Assembly: GCA_002104905.1 (NCBI GenBank)
Contig: MCFE01000514.1
Location: 1-63,968 of the forward strand
Reading direction: 5' to 3'
From: Basidiobolus meristosporus CBS 931.73
Taxonomy: Eukaryota > Fungi > Basidiobolomycota
Length of the DNA: 63,968 nucleotides
Shown piece after piece: positions 52,100 to 61,663 of the stretch (positions within the stretch are counted from its first letter, which is position 1; the number at the start of each line of letters is the position of its first letter). The notes beneath the pieces are model-generated. The model was not told the origin of the DNA. It made no database searches and saw only the letters and a program-made list of their open reading frames with translations. Made by a program: the position numbers and the translations under genes.

Positions 52100-54700
52100 G
52101 TTGACTGAATAACAATCTCATCCTGTGTGGATATCTTCGCCAGATGAAGTTAAAACTAATCAAATGGGATAACCCGTAATTTGGTCGAGCAGTGCCACCA
52201 GCTAACCTCAATCCCGAGCAGGCACTTTTGCAAGTATCCCAGCAAACACGGCCTTCTGACGTTATAGCCACTCCTCATTGCTCAGATGTACGACTGTTGA
52301 TGCAGCCGTAGCCTATCCTTGTCGCAAGGAAAACGCTCCTCCCTTTTGCTTTCAAATGGGGATGGATGTCTGAATGATACAGGCTTAATCACTGCATATT
52401 TGTCAAACTCTCATACTCCATATTGGACCTCCTCAACACCTGTCAAAGTAGAGGGCAGCCGCAGGTTCATCGAATGCCCGTTTTGGAAACATCCATGAAA
52501 TTGAATTATGAAAGTGTGATGTCAAATTCCACATTAATCATCATGTATAATGAAAACACCAATCGGAGCTTGATATTCGTATCCAAAAGGTAATCGGTCG
52601 GTCAGCCTGAAGCTCCGTCCCAACAATGGATCATGAAGTTAGATAAATGCAGAGAGTGGCATATGAGCGCTACAGCCATATCGAATTTCATTCAAACACC
52701 CATACACATCCGTATGCCGATGATAAATGAATAACCACTTGGATCATGTGAAAGCACTTGACCACCTACTCTTGGGCAGATGACGAGTTTATCCGACTGT
52801 CAGCGCAATCCATCAAGGATTCTCATAGAGATGCCGAATTTCTCCCATGTTGAAAAGGGTTTTGCACTTTAGCCGATCGAATTTTTGCAGCCGTCTGGAG
52901 ATCGCAAGCCATTGGACAACACCATCCATTTGTTCTCATGGCTTGATATGAGTATAGTTATGTGTGCTGTATCCTATTATGGCGACGTGCTTGACAGGAA
53001 GTACTTATTGGACCAATGATGTACTACATTCAACATCCCGCTAGCAAGATCTGTACAGTTTCCAGTATCGAAGTTACTCATTAATTCTTCTTCGAGTGTA
53101 CTAGGAAACTCAAGTCAAAGGGATGGTACTCAGTAATTTGTAACTCTTACTCAACTCATACGCAGCCAGTAGCCAGCAGCAGAGGTAGCAAACCGGAAGG
53201 AATGCTGCGCTTCTACATCGGATTTCTTACGTCGATTGCGCCGTGTGCAGTGGCTTGCACCTAATGGTCATGATTCGAAACGGAGTAGTTGTAGAGTATC
53301 AGGATTGTCGGGATTCAATATTGAGTGACATTCACCTACAAGCATGCTAGCTCATGATTCCCATTAAGAGAGCAGGATAAAATATCTGATCCGAATTTCA
53401 TTCAGGTAATCCCCAGAAAGTGCTACTCTATTTACCCGGTCTGAATTAGATTGGCTATCCCACACGAAGTTAATTTGCTCGTTAATCATTTGCCTTCAAC
53501 ATCAGTTTGTCGACTATCAGTTCGATCCGCATGTGGTAACAGCCCGTCAAGATCCAAGTAGAACCAAGCTGGGCCAAGTACCATCAGAGTCGGTGAGAAC
53601 TTCGCTATCTAGAACATCAGACTCTAGCATTGTACAGCATTTCAGATGTGTTAGCAGGTAACGGCAGTTCCCGTAAAATCATTACAGCTGTCTTCAACCC
53701 GATACTCTCCGACGGCAATTTTCGGAATAGCCAAATTTGTTGTTCAATTATCAGGAATTATAGAATTCACCCACCATCACCCATTGGTGTATAGATGTAA
53801 ACGTGACACACTCCTCACCAATCGCAAGGCGCATAGACCTTAGGGTTAAGCAGTTGTGGCTGAGAAATGAGCTAGATACCTTCACTTGGTGATGTTGTAC
53901 TATCAACAAGCAGCCATATCGCTAATCTGATACTCAATGGAGATGTTCGAGATGGGTTATTACCTTTTGGCCTCCTACATGCCACACTCATCTTTACGAA
54001 AATCTCCCAATCTGAGAACAGTCATCTGACCCAATCTTGGAATGTTTATGGCAGGAATGTCGAGATACTTATATCAGAGCTAATCAGGATTTCATCGAGC
54101 ATAGATGGCTCAGCATGAATGCCACAGAGAAGTACGTTGCTTGTACCTTTATAGGTCATTTGGATGGAGCCCGTAGTCTCGTGAATCAAGTGCATCCTGG
54201 CTGATGAAAACCTTCAGGGTTCGTAAGGAATGTGTAGCACTAGAGCAATGGTATGTCTTACGAACTCCCACTTTTGTAAATATCCCTACAAGCATGGATT
54301 GCTCGAGGGCAAATATACTATGAATCGATTACACAGTCCCAATAATTAAGCCTGGTGCTTCTCGACCGCTGCGCATGATCTTGATAGCATTGAAGCCGCC
54401 ACACTGTTGTAAAACTATGGACCGGACCTGTTTGAGATTGTTAGAAACTCGTTTATCTAATTGATTGCCAACACTCATTCGCTCTCTGAACCTACTCTAT
54501 TGAACTGTTAATATATGCTCAAACATTGGAATGCGTGAATTATACGATGTGGAAGTGGTGCTCAGGCGCCCCACCCAGCGCCTGGCCATTAATCTAATCA
54601 TAAAATCACCTTTGAAACCTGAGATGCTTATTCTTAAAGGTGCAAGTTTGGCGCAGAGGTAATTGGATGCCACTGCTGCCTGCATTTCCATACACTTGAT
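52100..54700 (-). pseudogene. Possible decayed gene relic, perhaps related to the LRR-like family
   Basis: Partly open frames with many stops. The segment 'LKCKTLFNMGEIRHLYEN' weakly resembles 'FKCKYLWSQ*ADYYHILYED' at about 3460-3510. Confidence 0.25.
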
Positions 54701-55323
54701 ATCTAAATTGTCTGCATGAATGCAAGAAGACAGTCAAGGCTGGGTTTGGGATCATTAGCTACCGTTCTCTGCTAAATCTCAGAATGATATCGGCGATTGT
54801 ATATCAAAGCCTATTACTAAGCTGTTGGTCCTAACTCGAAGTACCCCCTGAGGGTAGTGTGATAATTCTATAAAAGCCAGCTACATGCACCTCGGGTTTA
54901 TTTCAATGGCCTTTTTATGATAACCGATTTAGCGATTCGAGCTTTGGCTAAACAATTCACGAAAGATGAAGCAATCGACCACAAAACTGTTGTACACAAT
55001 AGTCAAAGGTTGCCCAAAGCAGCCTACGTATTGAGCACTCATACGATGTTGCACAACACCATCAGATGGAATGACGAGTTGCAGCATGATTTTTGGCCTT
55101 GCTAGGATAGTGATTAGCTTTTGCTGCGATAAACTAGGTCCACAATTCAATTTGGTGCCATTGGGGCACGTGTTTTGGCCTGAGTACTCGATTAAAACAC
55201 AAGTAGACTGGACGAAACATCAGTCGAGTGCTTAAGAAAGTTTGGTTGTGCAAGAAGTACAACTTAGAAGACAATAAATACATGATACATTTATTATTTC
55301 AGTCGAGCCCCCCAACTGTACAT

Positions 55324-55880
55324 TTAACGAGCACCACGCCCTCTAGGCATCATACCACGACCACCACGGCCCCTAGCTAAAAAATTGACGAGATTTGTTT
55401 GTCACTGAGTTATGCAACGTAGAATTGGATCTATTAGCCTACCTTGAGCTCGTGCAACAGTTGCTTTGCCACGCCCCAGACCTATGCCTCGTCCTTTTAG
55501 CGCACCAGGTCCAGATTTTTTGAACATAGGAGCGTTCTTCAGCATGTCAGGAACAATAAAATACCGTACGTGTGAGCCACGGATGTAAACTTGCTCTAAT
55601 TGAGAAACACGGCCATCTCGAGCAGTTAAAGTAATTTCTTTCAGCTGACAGTTCATGTTGTCCTCAACTGTGAATATTTTTATCAGAGGGCGGGGTAAGT
55701 ATTGATGAAAACGAATGGATCGGCGTAATCATTAAGATCCAAGTTGGTTGTGCTGAAAATATAGCAAAATAACTAACCTTGAAAGAGCTTTCCACGATAA
55801 ACGTATCCAGTCTTAAGCTCTATGGTAATTATGTGACCTTGAGCCTCATGGAGCAATTTAATAGGGACACCAATGGACAT
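55324..55880 (-). CDS. SMD3: Small nuclear ribonucleoprotein Sm D3, 3 exons
   Basis: Exons 55880-55778, 55667-55443 and 55376-55324 give [25 protein letters not shown]...EDNMNCQL...[21 protein letters not shown] with an RG-rich tail. Confidence 0.97.
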
Positions 55881-57090
55881 GGTAGAGAGTGCTTTGAGTA
55901 GTTGAGAGTTGAGGAAGGAACTATCCGGGTTGATGACTTACACGTCGCATACACATTGCTGATTTGCTTTATTAACACGATTGGGTCAACAGCCGCCATG
56001 CAGATATTTTTTTTTGACCAGCTTGATTGCAAATTTGCTTTATAATTACGTACTAAAAACTAGTTAAATTAGTTAACCAGTAAGTGAAAAAAATCTTACT
56101 GAATTATTAATGCCAGATTATAATATTTACGTACATTCACGATCATTTTGATATGCGCGAATATTATGAAAATATGCTGAAATAATTGGGGTGAATAAAG
56201 GAGTCATCGATAAATATGGGCGAGGGGATCTCATTCCAGTGCTCTACTAGAGTCGAGTTGCGAGAAGTAGAATTGATTGTTAATGCAAATATTTATGTGG
56301 GCTGTAAATCCATCAACGTGTCAATTTTTCTCCCGGCTGAAGCTATTGTTAATTTCGTATTTACACCTAGATATTCCATTAGCTTAGTCACTTTGATCAT
56401 GGCCTATGAACCTTGGTATTTGTGACTGAATTCGTGGTCAGAATTAACTTTGAACATTTTACCAAAATTTTGTTGTTAACACCAATTTACACTTGAACCA
56501 TACATATGACGTAAGACTCTGCTTTGGTTATTGCCAAGCTATGAATTACTTGAAATTTAGTTTGCAAGATATTGGCTAATTTTCGAATTAGTGAAAACCT
56601 GGAAGCTATCAATATTTTGAAAGTGATCCAGAAGTCCCAAAACACTGCACACCGGTACCTGCGACCACTCTTGAGTGATTGTTATTGCTAGCTCTACAAT
56701 GGTCCCTCATAAGTATAATTACTTTGTTACAAATATAAAAGCAATTGAACATACAGCAATCATTTATTTGAAATATCAGTTTCAACGTTCCCATAAATCT
56801 TGCCACTGGCTATGAGCCCAGTGATAACTTTTGCAAATTTCTTGGGGAAAGAAAGTTACCATTATGGTGGATTATCTATTTTGCCATGTAGTTACAAAAA
56901 TCTCTAAAGCTACAAAATAAGGAAGGTGGCTAAGATTTTTAAAATTTCTCAAGTAAATAATCTAACTTAAACTTAGTTCCTTGGATAATACTGCAAGTAA
57001 TGTAATGTAGCTCCTCTTGAGATAAGTCAGAGCTGAGAGGTTTTGGGGGAATCACAATTTGTAAGTGTTGCTTGTGTATATGATGTATGG

Positions 57091-57327
57091 CTAGGGGGGG
57101 GTAGACAGTCACAATATATGTGATCTTTATTACAGTTAAAATAAAGAAGCTAGTGCTGCTGTTGTGGCTTTAATACAAGAATGTGTAGCTGAGGGGAATT
57201 GGTAAGTAAGTTGATAGGAAGAAATGATAACTCTTCAGTGTTTGAGACACTGCTCAGTGGGAAGGGGGCTTGCCAGAGGGATAAGTATGATTTGCCAACA
57301 ATATGAATAAGGGGAACATGATATGAC
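57091..57327 (-). mobile_element. 3' end of an older relative of the LINE-type RT element
   Basis: An ORF tail is followed by CTTCTTTATTT...AATAAAGAT-CAC-N7-GTGACT...CCCCCCCCTAG, which matches the 3' UTR at 58604-58680. The copia LTR truncates it upstream. Confidence 0.65.
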
Positions 57328-58603
57328 TGTTGTAAGAGTCTTGGAGATATTGGAAGTGATTGGGAGAACAAGTAGATTATGTGGTTTTCACTTAATGATT
57401 TATTGAATGTAAAAGTAGTATTTATACTTTTACCTGGTCTTGGCATTACAAACACATAGAATAGGTTAAGGAAGGTCCCAAGAACATGTGTGCAAAGTTT
57501 GGAGCTGTTTGGACAACTTTGAGAATTTTCATGTTCTGGGTACCTGGTATTTTGGTGAAAATATTCTAAGTAAATCCCAACAAGGAATTTGGTCAGTATT
57601 CTCTAGGATTTGAAGGTGATGATCTTAGTGACTAAGTTAGGTGAATATTTAGGTGGAAATACAAATTTTTACAATACTCCCACTCAGCTAAATGTTCATA
57701 CTGACTAGTCCTAATTTTGACCTAAGATATTCAAACTTGTCTCTAGCTAATGGTTTGGTAAATATGTCTGCAATCATTTCATCTGTAGAACAGTAAACTA
57801 AGCTAACTAAGTCATTCTCTATAGCTTCACGTATGAAATGATGTCTAATATCTATGTGCTTGGTTCTAGCATGAAAAGTTGGATTTCTACCTAATTGTAT
57901 ACATCCTTGATTATCTTAAAATAAAGTAATAGGCATTTTTTGACATAGGCCTAAATCTGTAAAGAGTCTTCTTAACCACATTGCTTCTTTTATAGCTTCA
58001 CAGGCTGCCATATACTCTGCCTCTGTAGTAGAAAGTGCTACGGTTGGTTGCTTTCTTGAATTCCATGAAATTGCTCCTTTACAGTAAAGAAAGGGGTATC
58101 CTGTGGTGGATCTTTTGTCTTCCAAATTTTGTCCCCAATCAGCATCAGAGTATCCCACAAGGTCCTGTTCTGAATCCTTATAAGTGTATCTTAAGCAGAT
58201 ATCAGCAGTTCCTTTTAGGTATCTAAAAATTTGCTTAACTGCTGCAATATGATCAGATCCATAGTTCTGATTATGTTGGCTGACAACTCCCACTGAATAT
58301 GAGATATCTGGATGTGTTCCAAGCATGATATACATCAGACTGCTGACCATAGATTGATAAGGAAAGCCAGGGCTTTCAGATGGCACCAAGCTCTCTTGAT
58401 TTGGTTGAGTTTTGACCAAGTTAAGGTTTGTCTCCATTAGGGTAGCTGCCGGTTTACAGTCTTCCATTTTGTACTTCTTTAGTATATCTTGAATATACTT
58501 GGATTGGCTTAGGGTAATAGTCTGGGTACTTCTGTCTATGGAGAACTTAATCCCTAAGTAGTAACTAAGTTCTCCTAAATCAGACATCTTGAACTCCTTA
58601 GAT
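57328..58603 (-). mobile_element. Ty1/copia 3' portion: RT C-terminus, RNase H (premature stop), PPT and 3' LTR (57328-57676)
   Basis: 'SKEFKMSDLGELSYYLGI...SQSKYI...PYQSMVSSLMY...YSDADWG...STTEAEY'. A CAA>TAA stop occurs relative to the 11.8-kb copy. The PPT abuts the LTR. Confidence 0.95.
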
Positions 58604-60374
58604 TTAGGGGGAGGGAAAGTCACCAAGTTGGTGAAATCTTTATTTGAGTTAAGAACTGATCTAAGTACAAATAAAGAAGCCAATCAAGAGGTCTAGAACC
58701 TCTCTAATAAGTAATCTAATTTATGTTTTGTTTCATCTCTAATGTTTGTTTCAATAAAGTAAAGCTCATCAGGGGTAAATATAAAATTCAGGGGTTTTGG
58801 GGGAAGTACAAATTGTAGATGTTTCTGATCAATATAATCCAAGACTGGAACCCAGCCTGGGATTAGGTGTAGTAGGAAAGGTGTGTGGACTTGTAAGTAG
58901 CTCTGCCACATAGATCTTAGATGGTCCTGAGCCAGTAGTCTTGGTTTCTCAGCTTTTTGAAGTTTTGAAGCAAGCTCTGTTACTACAGCAGAGCCAACCA
59001 GGGTGTGCCAGCAAGAAAATTTCAGGGAGGAGTTAGATTGAAGCCATTGTTTGATGGAGGGGTTATGTGATTTCTGAAGTTTGACTAGGAAGGAAGCACG
59101 GAGATAGATCATTTGGATTTGGTATGGGTAGAACCCAAAGACTCCATTAGTTGCATGGATATAGGGAGATACTGGAAGATAAGGTACCAAGGATCTGATA
59201 CACTGATGGAGAAATTTATCCAGGTGGTGAAGTTCTCTGGAGGTTAGGGGTATAATGTGGAGACCAAATTCAAGTACCGGCAGTACATACTGCTTCAGAA
59301 GTATAGGGATCTTTTGAATTGGAGTGTCTGGAGTGACTACTACCAGAAGCTTTTTGAGAGCCTGTTGGGCAAGATGGATCCTATTATTCAGGTGGAGCTT
59401 TGAGTCAATCCCATGTTGACAAAACGGCAGACCTAGATATATTGCAGTTTGTTGTGGCAGAATGCTAGTGTTCTGTATAGTTGTAGTGCATCCAATTGGG
59501 ACTGTCTTGGAAATTGAGAGTGAGAGGTTGTTGGCAGCCAAGTACTTCTCAATGATGGCAGTGTCTGCCATGGGATTAGGAGTAGCAATCTTGATATCAT
59601 CCACATAGAGAGTTAGTAGTGGATAGGGAGAGTCTGGTGAGGGGCCTTTTGGAAATAAAGGAAAGTCATGTAGGAATATCACAAATAGTAAGGGACCTAG
59701 TACAGATCCTTGGACTACTCCATTTGGAACCTCATAAGTCTCTGATGTACAACTTGGATGCAAAATTTTCGCTGAGTTCTCACAAAATAGAGAACATACA
59801 AGAAGGGTAATTGGTAGTGTGGTAACTGCTAATAGCTTTCTCCAAAGCAGAGCTCTGTCCATAGAGTCAAAGGCTTTAGTAATGTCAAACAGAATGGTTG
59901 GCAATGAGAATTGAAGTGAATGATCATGGCTTAGCACTACAGCCATATCCAAGGAGAGTTTGGGCATGAAGCCAAACTGAGAAGGATGGAATGGATATAA
60001 TTGAGATTGCAAGGATCTTGCTATCATAAGCTCAAAGATTTTCTGGCAGGTTGGTAGGAGTGAAACTGGCCAGTAAGAACCTGGGAGTGAGTGTTTCTCC
60101 TTCCCTTTGTATAAGGGTATTACATTTGCCTGTGACCAGGCCTTTGGGGTAGTCAATTGTTGGGCCCAGATAGAGTAGAATGGGAGAAGTAAGTGACTCA
60201 TTTTGGAGTAGCACACCCGGAGTAGATTGTAGCTAATCAAGTCATGTCCAGGTGCAGTATTTGCAGGAAGCTTCTTTAAAATTTTCTCCAGAAGCTTTGC
60301 TGAAACCAAAATTGGAGATGTTGGACTGCTGGATATGTTACCAGTATGGTAGAAAGGAGGAGTGGGATGTACGG
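58604..60374 (-). mobile_element. LINE-type (RTE/Jockey-like) RT element, copy A, 3' part
   Basis: 'KLPANTAPGHD...YWPVSLL...QFGF...FDITKAFDS...GVVQGSVLGPLLF...YVDD...YLG'. Stop at 58693 followed by a short 3' UTR. Confidence 0.93.
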
Positions 60375-61454
60375 TGTGGTGGTGTATAAGTCCAAAGGGC
60401 AAAATACGGCCAACACTTCTCAAGTGTGAATGTGTGTGGGGTGTTCACTGGGTGCGATAACCTCTGGCAAAAGCTTGCTAGGAATACTGGGTCTTTTATC
60501 TAATCTAATGTGATGGGGGATAAAGCCACAAGCTTGTCAAGGGAAAACTATTGAACTACAATCCCCAACTTAGTTGGCGTCTTAACAAAAGTTTATAATG
60601 GCTTTGACGTCCTTTGAGATGACAATGTACTAAAGCTTCCAAAGTCAAAACAACTGTAAACTCCACCAACAGGGACTTGATAAGAATGCAGCTTTGACCA
60701 ATAGTTACAAAGACTGAAAAGTATCTTTGCCTGTACAAGAACAAACTTGGGAAAACAAACAAATATAATAAAATATACCTACTCTGAGTATTCCTCACAA
60801 GTAGTGCCTCCAAGGTCAGTTGGCTGTCAGCGCGGTTTCCTGGGAGTGTCGTCAGGTCTGAGTCAGAAAATAGTGGTAATAGGTAGCGGTGATCTCACTA
60901 ATCAATAAGTCGGAATATTGGAAGAGGGATGATTTATTTTAAGGGATAGCCTCCCTTATATACTTTTTTTTGCTGCTCAAATTCTTGCTAGAAAATACTT
61001 TCCGGAAGTTTCCAGAAGGTAGTAGACAACCAATCATGTCTTTGTGTACTAAAAATAGCGCAAATTCTTGGCGGGTTGTTCCATGAGACATAGTAGCACC
61101 TAGCCAATCAGGTAGTGGTAATATGAAACCTCTGTGTCATGTGGTTGCCTCTTATGGTAGTGGGATGGGGGTTATGAAACCAAGATGGTCACGTGACATG
61201 GGCACTGTTGGGGTACTTGCCTTATAAGGTAACTATCTTATCTTGGCATCTCGGCAAGGAATAAGAATAGCTTGTGCAATGGGTTAATAGTGACAAATAG
61301 TTTGTCAGGTTGCATAGTAATAATCACATAGACAAAAATAGGAAATATTGCAAATTTGGGATGATAATAATATAGGCGGGGTAATCCTTTTTAGGGAAGT
61401 GAACGCATAAGAATGAGCACATCTGCCTGTGGGTGTCACTGTGACCCCACTACA
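60375..61454. mobile_element. 1,080-bp TG...CA insertion with 4-bp TSD (probable solo LTR of a second family)
   Basis: Starts TGTGGTGG and ends CCACTACA. Flanked by ACGG and ACAG, corresponding to the single ACGG at 63429-63432 in the uninterrupted copy B. Non-coding. Confidence 0.85.
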
Positions 61455-61663
61455 ACAGTTGAATCAAAGAACATAGGGGCCAGTTTGTCTGGTGATGGTA
61501 TACTCCTTGCTTGGGGTCTCATGGCTTTGTATACTCTTGTTATGGACCTTGTGGTGGCATTCATATTTACTAAGGGCAAGGTATCCATGATATGAGCCCA
61601 TAATCTAGTATGCTCAGTGATCTGTAGTGACTTGGAGTAGGAGATTGCGCTTTCCAGGAGGTT
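61455..61663 (-). mobile_element. LINE-type RT element copy A, 5' part (5'-truncated, fused to the 3' end of copy B)
   Basis: Near-identical to 63429-63637. Continuous with 60374 once the 1,080-bp insertion is removed. Confidence 0.9.

Noticed and set aside
57916-58683. Apparent chimeric ORFs starting 'MASLFVLR...FPPP' fused to copia RT (also 61436-61741)
   Set aside because: The start is TTG inside the LINE 3' UTR. The in-frame read-through is a by-product of insertion junctions, not a gene.
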